NCBI RefSeq assembly: GCF_963921235.1
Contig: NC_086098.1
Coordinates: forward strand, 3,162,001-3,226,000
DNA from: Mobula hypostoma
Taxonomy: Eukaryota
Direction of reading: 5' to 3'
DNA: 64,000 nt
A model generated the notes under the pieces. That model did no database searches and was not told where the DNA came from. It saw only the letters and a list, made by a program, of their open reading frames with translations. The stretch's first letter is position 1, and every line of letters begins with the position of its first letter. The position numbers and the translations under genes are program-made. This document shows, one piece after another, positions 35,704-48,080 of the stretch.

Positions 35704-36044
35704 GCAGTCTATCTATTCCTATTGGTTTTTGGTATTCTTTCCAGTCATCTATTCCTTCTGGTCTCTCTGTTCCTTCCGTCTATCTCTTCCTTCCTGTCTC
35801 ACTATTCCTTCCGGTTATCTATTCCATCCGGTCCATCTATTCCATCTGGTCCATCTATTCCTTCCTGTCTAACTATTCCTTCCAGTCATCTATTCCTTCT
35901 GGTCCATCGGTTCTATCCAGTCTATCCCTTCTGGTCTATCTGTTTCCTCTGGTCTATCTATTCCATTGGGTCTATCTATTCCTTCAGTCTATCTATTGCA
36001 TCTGGTGTATCTATTCCTTCTGGGCCAGCTATCTCTCCCGGTCT
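35704..36044. repeat. Degenerate 17-18-bp minisatellite
   Basis: Consensus GGTCTATCTATTCCTTCT, roughly 19 imperfect units. Confidence 0.8.
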
Positions 36045-36830
36045 AAGAATTTCTTTAACCAGAGTGTGGGAAATCTGTGGAATTCATTGCCACAGATGGT
36101 TGTGAAGGCCAAGTCTCTGGGTATATTTAAAGCAGAGGTTGATAGGTTCTTGATTAGTCAGGGCGTGAAAGGAGGGAGAAAGGTGAAGATGGGGTTGAGA
36201 GGGAATGGCAGAGAAGACTCGAAGGACCAAATTGCTTAATACTACTTCTATGTTTTATGTTCTTATAGACTTACTCCTGCAGTGGAGTTTTGTAACAAAC
36301 ATAGACATAGAAACATAGAAAATAGGTGCAGGAGTAGGCCATTTGGCCCTTCGAGCCTGCCCCGCCATTTATTATGATCATGGTTGATCATCCAACTCAG
36401 AACCCAGCCTTCCCTCCGCGAAGTGTCTTGTTCATACAACTGCTCCCTCAGTCTCATATCACCAAGTTCAATCCTAACACTGATGCCTGGCCAAGAATTC
36501 AAGAATTCTCACCAACTCTTGACTTCCTCAGCAGGCAAAAGAAAACTATGCCTCAGAATAGAGTGCCATCCCTTAACAACTAAGATGAAAAAGGAATTTC
36601 TTTAACCATAGGGTAGTGAATCTGTGGAATTCATTTCCACAGATGGCTGTGGAGGCCAAGTCACTGGGCATATTTAAAGCGGAAGTTGATCGGTTCTTGA
36701 TTAGACAGGGCATGAAAGGTTATGGGGAGAAGGCGGGGAATGGGATTGATCAGGAAAATAAATCAGCCATGATGGAATAGTGGAGCATTCTCAATAGGCC
36801 AAATGGACTAATTCTGCTCCTGTGCCTTAT
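36045..36830. mobile_element. Three short CR1 3' ends (36045-36265 +, 36300-36418 -, 36580-36830 +)
   Basis: AATCTGTGGAATTCATT, ATTTAAAGC..GTTGAT and GGCC..ATGG 3' UTR motifs. Confidence 0.75.
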
Positions 36831-37074
36831 GGCAATAAATCAATTTGTATGAACAATATGCAAGACAAGCTTTTCACAGCATCTTGTTACATGTAACAAT
36901 AATAAACCAATTCCAAAACCAACACCTATAGTAGAAAACCAGCAGCTATAGTAGTACTGTCTCTGTAAAACACATTCTCCCTTTGACCACACGCGTGTCC
37001 CTTGAGTGCTTTGCTCTCCCAAATTCCAAAGCCATGCTGGCTAGGAGGGCAATTGGTGACCTTAAATTACATAC

Positions 37075-38865
37075 TGGGGGGTCGGGGTGGAGATATGTCT
37101 CTACCAAAGGAGGTGTAAGCTATTTCTTCCCTCTGCCAACCTACAGGTCACCATGCGGCAATGTGTAGCACTTGCATGGACCTTATCATTGTAAGACCAT
37201 CAGACATAGGAGCAGAATTAGGCCATTTGGCCCATCAAGCCTGCTCCGCAATTCAATCATGGCTGATCCTTTTTTTCCCCTTCTTCCCCACTCACCAGCA
37301 TTCTCCCCATAACCTTGGATGCAGTGTCCAATTAAGAACCTATCAATCTCTGCCTTAAATACACCCAATGACCTGGCCCCCACAACTGACTGTGGTAATA
37401 AATTCCACAAATTCACCACCATCTGGCCAAGGAAATTTCTCTGCATCTCTATTTTAAATGGATGACCTTCTGTCCTGAGGTTGTGTTCTCTTGTCCTAGA
37501 CTCTCCCACCATGGGAAACATCTTTTCCACATCTACTCTGTCCAGGTCTTTGAGCATTCAAAAGGTTTCATTGAGATTCCCACCCCCGCACCCTCCGTCC
37601 TTCTAAATTCCAGCGAGTACAGACCCAGAGCTATCAAACATTCCTCGTATGATAACCCTTTCATTCCTGGAAGCATCCTTGTGAACCTCCTCTGAACCCT
37701 CTCCAATGCCAGTAGATCTTTTCTAGATGAGGAGCCAAAACAGCTCACAATACTCAAGGTGAGGCCTCACCAGTGCCTTATAAAGCCTCAGCTTCACATC
37801 CTTGCTTTTGCATTCTTGACCTCTTGAAATGAATATTAACATTGCATTTGCCTTCCTCACCACTGACTCTATCTGCAAATTAATCTTTCTGCACAAGGAC
37901 TCGATCTCAGATTTTTGGATTTTCTCTCCATTTAGAAAATAGTCTGCACATTTATTTCTTCTGCTAAAGTACATGACTTAAGCATTTTCCAACATTGCAT
38001 TGCATTTGCCACTCTCTTGCCAATTCTCCTTAATTGTCTAAGTCCTTCTGCAGCCTACCTGTCTCCTCAACACTACCTGCCCCTCCACTAATCCTCATAT
38101 CATTTGCAAAGTTGGCAACAAAGCCATCTATTTCATCATCTGAATCATTGATATACACCATAAAAACACCGACCCCTGCAGAAAACCACTATTCACTGGC
38201 AGCCAACCAGAAAAGGATCCTTTTATTCCCACTTGCTGCTCTAGCCAACCTGCCCATGAGAATATTGGTTCCTCACGGGTTCAGATGCAACCCATACCTC
38301 CCCAGAAGAGATCCCAGTGATTCAGGAACCTGAAGCCCAGCTTCTCGGCCACACATTAATCTGCCAAATCATCCTGTTTCCATCCTCACTTGTATGTGGC
38401 AGAGGCAGCAAACCATAAATTACTACCTGCAAGGTCCTGCTTCTCAGCTTTCTACCAATATGTACCAAGACATCTGGCTGCTCTCCCTCCCTCTCCAAAA
38501 TGTTGTGGGAGCAATCTGAGATGTCCCAGACCTTATACCTGGAAGGCAAAATACCATCCTGTGAGAAACCTCATTGTGTGGCCTGCTCCTGCCACCGGAA
38601 TGAGCCGCACAATCAGGGTCACGTGAAGCTGTATGAGCAGTTGGTGAATATCACAAATCCTGATTATGTGACCACTGGTGAAAGGCAGACAATCTCTGAA
38701 GAGTATTAACAGTGGCTGGGGTCACCTGTCTCGTAAAGACACTGCCCAGAAGAAGGCAAAGGCAGAGACCATTTCTGCAGAAGAATTTGCCAGGAACAAT
38801 CATGGTCATGGGCAGACCATGATTGACCATGTTATATGGCACGACACAGAATGAACAAACAAACA
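37075..38865 (+). mobile_element. RTE/BovB-related non-autonomous element split by CR1
   Basis: 5' part 37075-37180 and 3' part 38590-38865 with AGAAGAAGGCAAAGGCAGAGACCA (Bov-A/RTE-like motif) and a GAACAAAC tail. Confidence 0.45.
37192..38560 (-). mobile_element. Internally deleted CR1 (ORF1 remnant joined to ORF2 3' part)
   Basis: EQPDVLVHIG..VVIYGLLP (ORF1, 38322-38549) next to RT C-terminal ORFs at 37186-37974. Confidence 0.8.
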
Positions 38866-38894
38866 AGATGAACTACTATAGGAGAGTAGTAGGA

Positions 38895-39025
38895 GATACA
38901 AGAGATTCTGCAGGTGCTGGAAATCCAGGTCAACACACACAAAGTGCTGAAGGGACTCAGCAGGTCAGGCAGCATTGTGTGAGGAGGTGGACCGTCGATG
39001 TTTTGTGTTGAGACCTTTCATCACG
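38895..39025 (-). mobile_element. Penelope pLTR fragment
   Basis: GATTCTGCAG.TGCTGGAAATC..ACACACAAAGTGCTG..CAGCAGGTCAGGCAGCAT. Confidence 0.7.
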
Positions 39026-39129
39026 AGGAGAATCTAGAAGAGGTCTCCAGATATAGCAGCATCTATGATGCTAGATAATATCCTGACAGTGGGAGAACCT
39101 TCTCTGGAAGGGCTGCAGTGATTCAAGAA

Positions 39130-40060
39130 GCAAAGAAGGTGTGTGGTGCTGTGGTCTTTATTTGTGAGAGAGTTGAGTTCAAGAGCTATGAGATAATGCT
39201 GCAGCTTTATTAGACCACACCTGAATTACTGCATTCATTTCAGGTAGCCTCATTATAGGAAGGACGTAGAAGCTTTAGAGAGGGTGCAGAGGAGATTTAC
39301 TAGGATGCTGCCTGGATTAGAGAGCATGTCTTACAGTATGAGGAGAGGTTGAGTGAGCTCGGGCTTTTCCCTTTGGTGCAAAGAATGGTGAACTATGACT
39401 TAATAGAGGGGTACAAGATGATAAGAGCCATAGATGGACTGGAGAGCCAGAGATTTCTTCCCAAGGCAGAAATGGTTAATATGAGGGGGCATAACTTTAA
39501 AGTGATTGGAGGAAAGTATAGAAGGATGTCAGAGATATTGATTTTTAAACAGAGAGCTAGGTATGTGGAACGCACTGCCAGGAGTGGTGGTGGAGGTAGA
39601 ACCATTAGGGGTATTTAAGAAACTCTTAGAAAGGCACATGGATAAAAGAAAAATGGAGAGCTATGTAGGAGGATGTCATGAACAGAGCAAACACAAAAAG
39701 AAATAATGTATGAGATCATGAAAAGGCAACGTAACTTCATTGGACATGTGAGTAGGAAAGTGGAGTTAGAATGCACGGTAATTATGGGAAAGATTGAAGG
39801 GAAGAAAGCAAGAGGAAGACAAAGACAAATGATGATGGAGACAGCAGCCAGAGAACTGGAAATAAATACCAATGAATTGATCCACTTGACCCGAAACAGG
39901 AGTGTGTGGGCCATGGCAGTCAAAGCTCAAACTGGGCATGGCACCTGATGATGATGATGATGATGATGGAGGAGGGAAGGGTTAGATTGATCTTACAATA
40001 GGTTTAAAGGTCAGCACAACATTGTGGGCTGAAGGGTCTGTACTGTGTTCTATATTCTAA
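39130..40060 (+). mobile_element. CR1 LINE 3' part with nested RTE
   Basis: ERVQRRFTRMLPGLE remnant; 3' UTR GCACAACATTGTGGGC.GAAGGG.CTGTACTG. Confidence 0.8.
39673..39969 (+). mobile_element. RTE-clade LINE 3' end
   Basis: RQRNFIGHVSRK..IMGKIEGKKARGRQR..RSVW, stop codon running into a (GAT)n tail; TSD AGGAGG on both sides. Confidence 0.85.
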
Positions 40061-40189
40061 ATAGAACTAAGCAATCAATGCTGGAATAACCAATTGTGGA
40101 ATATTGAATAAATAATTACAAGAATTATTGAGTGGAAACAATCTTTTTTTTGTTGGTATGACAGAAGCTGAGAGAAAGAATAGACAGGC

Positions 40190-40652
40190 CAGGCTGGTGC
40201 AGTAGCGTAGCAGTTAGTATGATGTTTTTCAGTGTGAGTGTTCGCCAGTGTGGTTTGATTCCCACCACTGCCTGTAAGGAATATGCGCAGATTTCTTCCT
40301 ACATTTCAAAGGCACGTGGGCATGCTCTGTTGGTGCCAGAAGCAAAAGGCTGCCTCCAGCAGAATTCTCGCTGATTTGGTTGGGGGCGCTGTAGCAGTGT
40401 AGTAGTGAGCGCAGCACTATAACAGCTCGGGGTGTTGAAGTTCAGAGTTCAATTCCAGAGCTCTCTGTAAGAAAGTTTGTACGTTCTCCCCATGATCATG
40501 TGGGTTTCCTCCGGTTCCCTCCCAGAGTCCAAAGACTTATTGGTTGAGCAGGTTAATTGGTCATTGTGAATTGTCCTGTGATTAGACTAGGGTTAAACAG
40601 ATGGGTTACTGGGTTGTACAGCTCGTTGGTCTGCGCTGTTTCATAAAATAAA
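40190..40652 (+). mobile_element. Two tandem V-SINEs (40190-40380 and 40385-40652)
   Basis: Both have tRNA-like heads. The second has GTGGGTTTCCTCCGG..CCCAGAGTCCAAAGAC and GGTTAATTGGTCATTGT. Confidence 0.7.
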
Positions 40653-40669
40653 TTGAATGAGCATGGCTT

Positions 40670-40847
40670 CACCTGGCTTCACCTATCATGTTCCAGCTTG
40701 CAGTCCTTCCACCCTCCCTCCACTTCCTTATTCTGCTTTTCTCCCCCTTCCTTTCTAGTCCCAATAAAGGATCTTGGCCCAGAACATTTTCTCTCCACAG
40801 GTACTGCCTGACCTGCTGAGTTCCTCCAGCATTCTGTATGTGTTACT
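40670..40847 (+). mobile_element. Penelope pLTR fragment
   Basis: CTGCCTGACCTGCTGAGTTCCTCCAGCATT hallmark; decayed hammerhead core. Confidence 0.7.
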
Positions 40848-41986
40848 CTGAACATGACACACATGCCAACAGTGGCCAAATTGTACCAAGCTCTGAGTCT
40901 ATTACTCAGCAGGGCGTCTTCAATCATTACATTTGAACTCCCACATATAATTCCAGAAAATCATTTTCCAATGTGAAAAAAATCCAATGTTTACCCGGTG
41001 AATACATGCTATCAAGAAGCATTCTCACACCCGACCATTAAAGCACCTCACAGAACAGCATGAAAAACATCAAAGCAAGTTATATAAGTATTTCCAAAGA
41101 TACAAGAAATTAATCGATTGGTGACTAGGTAGAAATGTTACTTCTCAACAAGGATGAGCCTTTCCCCCTGTTACTAGTAACAAATGCAGTGAAATTTATG
41201 CCCAAAGATTACCATTTGTAGAACTATATTTTCTGGTCTGTCTGATAAATATCCTTGTGGGCAGGTTTATTAGAGTTGTTGGGTGGGGTTTAAGCTAATG
41301 TGGCAGGGGTTGGGAACCAGTATGACAGAGCTGAGGACGAGCCAGCAGGTTTACAAGTAGATGATAGGGGTAACATGAAAGTAAGGAAGGACAAGCCAAT
41401 GGTTGGATACAAATGCAGACAGAGCAAAGAGTTAAATTGTACCACAATGTCAAAATTCAAAAGCGCAAAGAATGCAGGACTGAAGGTGTTGTATTTAAAT
41501 GTGCATAGCATTTGGAATAAGGTGGACATATTAGTTGCGCAGTTAGAGATTGGTCAGTATGATGTTGTAGATTGGTCAGTATGATGTTGTGGGTATCACT
41601 GAGTCGTGGCCAAAAGAAGATCATAGTTGGGACTTTAACATCAAAGGATATACTTTGTATTGAACAGACAAGCAGGAAGGCATAAGCAGTGGTGTGACTC
41701 TGTTGGTAAGAGATGGAATTACATCTTTAGAAAAAGAATGACATAGGGTCAGAGAATGTTGAATCTTTGTGGGTGGAGTTAAGATGGATGGCAGAGCAGA
41801 GATGGCTGAAGTTTCTGGGAATAATTCACAAGGTCTCACAGAGGATGAAGTTCTCAAATGGCAGAGGAAGGCAACTGTGGCTGATAAAGGAAGTTTTAAT
41901 AGGTTTCAATAGGTACATTTAATATCAGAGAAATGTATACAATATACATCCTGAAATATACATCACAAACATCCATGAAAACAGAG

Positions 41987-42141
41987 CAACATTCACAACG
42001 CGCTGGAGGAACTCAGCAGGTTGGGCAGCATCCATGGAAACAATCAGTCAACGTTTCCATGGATGCTGCCCGACCTGCTGAGTTCCTCCAGCATGTTGTG
42101 AGTGTTGCTTTGACCCCAGCATGTGCAGAGTATTTTGTGCT
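41987..42141. mobile_element. Penelope hairpin mini-element
   Basis: About 54-bp inverted arms (41987-42040 and 42054-42107); perfect 13-bp TSD CATGAAAACAGAG (41974-41986, 42142-42154). Confidence 0.85.
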
Positions 42142-43030
42142 CATGAAAACAGAGGAGTGCCCCAAAGAGTGAATGACAGTTAAACATTAGAACCAAGAAG
42201 CACCCCCCGACAGTTCCCCCCCCCATACACAAGCAGTTAAGGACTGCATAAATGCCAAGGAAAGTGCATAGAAGGTAGCAAAAGTGAATGGAAAGATAGA
42301 TAATTAGTAAGGTTTTAAGATCCAACAAAAGGCAACTAAAAAAGCTATAATAAGGGAAAACATGAAATAGGTTTAGATTATAAGGGCAGACTAGCCAATA
42401 ATATAAAGCTGAATATCAAAAGTGTTTTCAGTTATATAAAGAGTAAAAAGGAGGTAAGTGTTAAGATTGGACCACTGGAAAATGATGCTGGTGAGGTAGT
42501 AATGGGGAACAAAGAAATGGCAGATTTTGCATCTGTCTTCACTGTGAAAGACACTAGCAGTGTGCCAGAGGTCTGTGAGTGTCAGGGAGCTTGGAGTTTC
42601 AGAAGACATTTGATAAGATGCCATACATGAGGCTGCTTAACAAGATAATATCCAATGGCGTTACAGGAAAGATATTGACATGGATAGTGGAATGGCTGAC
42701 AGGCAGGAAGCAGCGAGTGGGAATAAAAGGGGCCTTTTCTGGTTGGCTGCCGGTGGTTAGTGTTCTTCTTAGGGAGTCAGTATTAGGACCGCTACTTTTC
42801 ACATTTTTTGTCAGTGATTTAGATAATTGAATTGATGGCTTAGTGGCAAAGTCTGTGGATGATACGAAGATAGGTGGAGGAGTAGGTAGTGCTGAGAAAG
42901 CAATGTGATTGCAGCAGGACCGAGACAAATTGGAAGAATGGACAGATGGAATACAGTACAGTGTTGGGAAATGTATGATAAAGCATTTTGGTAAAAGGAA
43001 CAATAGTGCGGATTATCATCTAAATGGAGA

Positions 43031-43148
43031 ACACACTCAAAATGCTGGAGGAACTCAGCAGGCCAGGCAGCATCGATGGAAAAGAGTACAGTCGACGTTT
43101 CTTGTGTTGCTTAGATTTCCAGCATCTGCAGATTTTCTCTTGTTCGTG
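43031..43148. mobile_element. Penelope mini-element (inverted pLTR pieces)
   Basis: TSD ATCTAAATGGAGA / ATCCAAATGGGGA (43018-43030, 43149-43161; 11/13 match). Confidence 0.75.
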
Positions 43149-44300
43149 ATCCAAATGGGGAGAAGGTTTAAACATCAGAGGTGCAGAGGGACTTAGGAGT
43201 GCTTGTGCAAGACTCCCAGAGGTTAATTTACAGGTTGAGCCTGTGGTAAAGAAGGAAAATGAAATGTTGGCATTTATTTGAAGGGGAATGGAATATAAAA
43301 GCAAGGAGATAATGCTGAGCCTTTATAAGACACTGGTCAGGCTGCACTTGGAGTATTGTCAACTGTCTTGCACTCCATTCAGAAAGGATGTGTTGTCATT
43401 GGAGAGAGGCCAGAGGAAGCTCAGGAGGATCATTACAGAAATGAAGGGGTTAACAAATGAGGAGTATTTGACAGCTTTGGGCCTGTACTCATTGGAATTT
43501 TGAAGAAAGCGGAGGGATCTCGTTCTGTGGAATGCTCTGCCGTAGACTGCAGTGGAGGCCAATCCATGCATATATTTAAGGTGAAAGTTGATAGTTTGCT
43601 GATCGGTCAGGGTAGCAGAGGATATGGCAAGAAGGCCAGGGTATGGGGGTGAGTGGAATTTGGGATCAGTCATGATGGAATAGCAGAACAGACTCAATGG
43701 GCTGAATGGCCTAATTCTGCTCTTATAAGTACTTAAGATAAGTTATATACCTAGATTAATTGTATGCCCATAAAGTGAATCTCAGCACAGGAATGTCTGT
43801 ACATCAGGTGACTTTGACACTGGTAGTTGAGGGAGTGGAGGAGTGAGTTAGTGGTGGAGGTGTTGATCAGCCTCACTGCTTCGGGTAAGTAACTGTTTTT
43901 GAGCCTGGCTGTGAATGTAGAACAACAACTCCATTCTCCAAAGTCATTGGTAAACTGGGAAAGGGAAAAGTGGAATAGGAAGAAGGGAGTACCCTTGTAA
44001 GTATTCTCTCACACCCTAAGGATGCGGTTGTTGGGTAAATCAGTTTCTGTGCAGGTTAAATCACGATAGAGCCAATGGGTATGTGAGTTGTACTGATGGA
44101 GCTGCTCTGAACACCAGCATAGAATTAATACGCTGAATCAGAGTCAAAGTCAAAAAGAATTATTATTAAAGTAAGTATATGACATCACATACTACCTTGA
44201 GATTCATTTTCTTGCAGGTAGATTTTCAGCTAATACACGCTGTTGCCTTTTTATTAGGTACACTTGCACACATGCTCATTAATGCAATTATCTAATCATC

Positions 44301-44980
44301 AGACCATCAAATAGAGGAGCAGAATGAGACCATTCAGCCCATTGAGTCTGCTCCACACTTTGTTCATGGCTGACCCATTTCCCTCTCAGCAACAATCACT
44401 TGACCTCTCCCTGTGTCCCTTCATGCTCTGATTAACCAAGAATCTATCAATCTCTATCTTAAATATACCCAATTACTTGCCCTCCACAACCACCCCGCTC
44501 TATTCTGAGTCTGTGTCCTCCGGTCCTAGACTTTCCCACCATAGGAAATATCCTCTCCACATCCACTCTTTCGAGGCCTTTCAATGAGGTCAACCTTCAT
44601 TCTTCTGAATTTCCATGAGTAGAAGCCCAGAGCCATCAAATGTTCCTCATATGATAAACCTTTCAGTCCCCCCAGAATCATTTTTCTGAACCTCCTCTGG
44701 ACCTCCCTCAATGTCACATCTTTTCTTAGAAAAGGAGACCAAAAGTGCTCACAATACTCCAAGTGAGGCCTCACAAGTTCCTTATAAAACCTTAATATTA
44801 TATCTTTGCTTTTATATTCCAAGCCTCTCAAAATGAATGCTAGCATTGCATTTGCCTTCTTCATCACTGACTCAACCTGAAAATGAGCCTTTAGAAAATC
44901 CTGCATGGGCACATCAGAGTTTTGAATTTTCTCACTATTTAGAATATAGCCTATGCTTTTATTTCACCTACCAAAGTACA
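44301..44980 (-). mobile_element. CR1 3' part nested in Tc1
   Basis: ORF 44526-44912; flanking direct repeat TAATCATC (44293-44300, 44981-44988). Confidence 0.85.
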
Positions 44981-45278
44981 TAATCATCCACCCATGTGGC
45001 AGCAACTCAAAGCTTAAAAGCATGCAGACATGGTCAAGAGGTTCGATAGTTGTTCAGAACAAACATCAGAATGGGGAAGAAATGTGATCTAAGTGACTTT
45101 GACTGTGGAATGATTGTTGGTGCCAAACAGGGTGGTTTGAGTATCTCAGAAACTGCTGATCGCCTGGGATTTTCACACACAACAATCTCTAAAGTTTACA
45201 GAGAATGGTGCGAATTTTTTTTTTAAACTGGTGAATGGAGGTTCTATGGGTGAAAATGCCTTGCTAATGAGAGACTTC

Positions 45279-47487
45279 AGAACATAGAATATAGAACATA
45301 GAACAGCACAGCACATTACAGGCCCTTCGGTCCATAATGTTGTGCCAACCCTCAAACCCTGCCTTCCATATAAGCCCCCCACCTTAAATTCCTCCATATA
45401 CCTGTCTAGTAGTCTCTTAAACTTCACTAGTGTATCTGCCTCCACCACTGACTCAGGCAGTGCATTCCACGCACCAACCACTCTCTGAGTAAAAAACTTT
45501 CCTCTAATATCCCCCTTGAACTTCCCACCCCTTACCTTAAAGCCATATCCTCTTGTATTGAGCAGTGGTGCCTTGGGGAAGAGGCACTGGCTGTCCACTC
45601 TATCTATTCCTCTTAATATATTGTCTCCTCTCATCCTCCTTCTCTCCAGAGATTAAAGCCCTAGCTCCCTTAATCTCTGATCATAATGCATACTTTCTAA
45701 ACCAGGCAGCATCCTGGTAAATTTCCTCTGTACCCTTTCCAATGCTTCCACATCCTTCCTATAGTGAGGCGACCAGAACTAGACACAAAACTCCAAGTGT
45801 GGCCTAACCAGAGTTTTATAGAGCTGCATCATTACATCGCGAGTCTTAAACTCCATCCCTCGACTTATGAAAACTAACACCCCATAAGCTTTCTTAACTA
45901 CCCTATCTACCTGTGAGGCAACTTTCAGGGATCTGTGGACATGTACCCCCAGATCCCTCTGCTCATCCATGCTACCAAGTATCCTGCCATTTACTTTGTA
46001 CTCTGCCTTGGAGTTTGTCCTTCCAAAGTGTACCACCTCACACTTCTCCGGGTTGAACTCCATCTGCCACTTCTCAGCCCACTTCTGCATCCTATCAATG
46101 TCTCTCTGCAATCTTTGACAATCCTCTACAATATCTACAACACCACCAACCTTCGTGTCATCTGCAAACTTGCCAACCCCCGCTTCTACCCCCACATCCA
46201 GGTCGTTAATAAAAATCACGAAAAGTAGAGGTCCCAGAACAGATCCTTGTGGGACACCACTGGTCACAATCCTCCAATCTGAATGTCCTCTGTCCACCAC
46301 GACCCTCTGCCTTCTGCAGGCAAGCCAATTCTGAATCCACCTGGCCAAATTTCCCTGAATCCCATGCCTTCTGACTTTCTGAATAAGCCTACCGTGTGGA
46401 ACCTTGTCAAATGCCTTACTAAAATCCATATAGATCACATCCACTGCACTGCCCTCAGATATATGCCTGCTCACCTTCTCAAAGAACTCTATCAGGCTTG
46501 TTAGACATGATCTGCCCTTCACAAAGCCATGCTGACTGTTCCTGATCAGACCATAATTCTCTAAATGCCCAGAGATCCTATCTCTAAGAATCTTTTCCAA
46601 CAGCTTTCCCACCACAGACATAAGGCTCACTGGTCTATAATTACCCGGACTATCCCTACTACCTTTTTTTGAACAAAGGGACAACATTTGCATCCCTCCA
46701 ATCCTCCGGTACCATTCGCGTGGACAACGAGGACATAAAGATCCTAGCCAGAGGCTCAGCAATCTCTTCCCTTGCCTCGTGGAGCTGCCTGGGGAATACT
46801 CTGTCAGGCCCCGAGGACTTATCCGTCCTAATGTATTTTAACAACTCCAACACCTCCTCTCCCTTAATATCAACATGCTCCAGAACATCAACCTCACTCA
46901 TATTGTCCTTACCGTCATCAAGTTCCCTCTCATTGGCGAATACCGAAGAGAAGTATTCATTGAGGACCTCGCTCACTTCCACAGCCTCCAGGCACATCTT
47001 CCCACCTTTATCTCTAATCGGTCCTACCTTCACTCCTGTCATCCTTTTGTTCTTCAAACAATTGAAGAATGCCTTGGGGTTTTCCTTTACCCTACTCGCC
47101 AAGGCCTTCTCATGCCCCCTTCTTGCTCTTCTCAGCCCCTTCTTAAGCTCCTTTCTTGCTTCCCTATATTCCTCAATAGACCCATCTAATCCTTGCTTCC
47201 TAAACCTCATGTATGCTGCCTTCTTCCACCTGACTAAATTTTCCACCTCACTTGTCACCCATGGCTCCTTCCCCCTACCATTCTTTATCTTCCTCATCGG
47301 GATAAATTTATCCCTAACATCCTGCAAGAGATCTCTAAACATCGACCACATGTCCATAGTACATTTCCTTGCAAAAACATCATTCCAATTCACACCCGCA
47401 AGTTCTAGCCTTATAGCCTCATAATTTGCCCTTCCCCAATTAAAAATGTTCCTGTCCTCTCTGATTCTATCCTTTTCCATGATAATG
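45279..47487 (-). mobile_element. Young CR1 LINE, 2.2 kb, nested in Tc1
   Basis: ORFs 46659-47480 and 45779-46762 (one frameshift in a T run at ~46665) with all RT motifs ([15 protein letters not shown]); (TTCTATG)n tail. Confidence 0.92.
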
Positions 47488-47994
47488 CTGAAGAGGGGAA
47501 TGTCCAGATGGTTCAAACTGACAGAAAGGCGACTGTAGCTCAAATAACCACGCGTTACCCCAATGGAGTGCAGAAGAGAATCTCTGAATGCACAACACAT
47601 TGACCCTTAAAGTAGATGGAAATGCAGTAGAAGACCATGAAAATATACCCAGTGGCCTCTTGTTTAGGCACAAGAGATACTTAGTAAAGTGAGCGCTAAT
47701 GTGAATGTACTTTGAGTGTCCTCCGATGCCATGTGGAAATATGAGACATCTGTGAAATATGACACCAGAAGGAAGAAAAGATGAAAACAGAGTTCAAAAA
47801 CTCGCAGTGTTGAAATCCTTTAATCTCACAGCCCCCAAGGTGCACGTACAGCGTGTGAAACATCTGACATAAATAGGAATAAAACCACACTCATGCATTG
47901 CTAATCAGGGAGTGATGTAAGCAAAGAGACCAGTGCTACAGGATTTTTAATAAATACAACAGGAGATAGAATAAAGCTGGATTCAAAACTGGAG

Positions 47995-48080
47995 ATATAC
48001 AGATAGACAGAACAATAGATAGACAGATAGATAGAGAGATGTAGAAGGAGATATGGATATGGAGAGAGAGAGAGAGAGAG
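47995..48080. repeat. (GATA)n/(GA)n microsatellite, imperfect
   Basis: AGATAGACAGATAGATAG and a GAGAGAGA run. Confidence 0.8.

Larger units (their letters stand above)
41250..43725 (+). mobile_element. Long decayed CR1 with internal deletions and three nested inserts
   Basis: ORF2 start [37 protein letters not shown]-terminal LVRLHLEYC, 3' UTR. Inserts at 41896-42235 (LINE tail plus Penelope) and 43031-43148. Confidence 0.85.
44250..47703 (+). mobile_element. Non-autonomous Tc1 element split by two CR1 insertions
   Basis: TTTATTAGGTACAC left end; MGKKCDLSDFDCGMIVGAKQGGLSISETADRLGFSHTTISKVYREW (45071-45210); continuation VQTDRKATVAQITTRY (47510 onward); decayed right TIR near 47675-47703. 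Confidence 0.75.

Noticed and set aside
46669..47424. 251-aa + strand ORF and similar ORFs (e.g. 25888-26226, 23800-24042)
   Set aside because: Antisense shadows of CR1/Rex1 coding sequence.
45279..47487. Active autonomous CR1
   Set aside because: 5'-truncated (no ORF1 or endonuclease), frameshifted and with an in-frame stop at ~45779.
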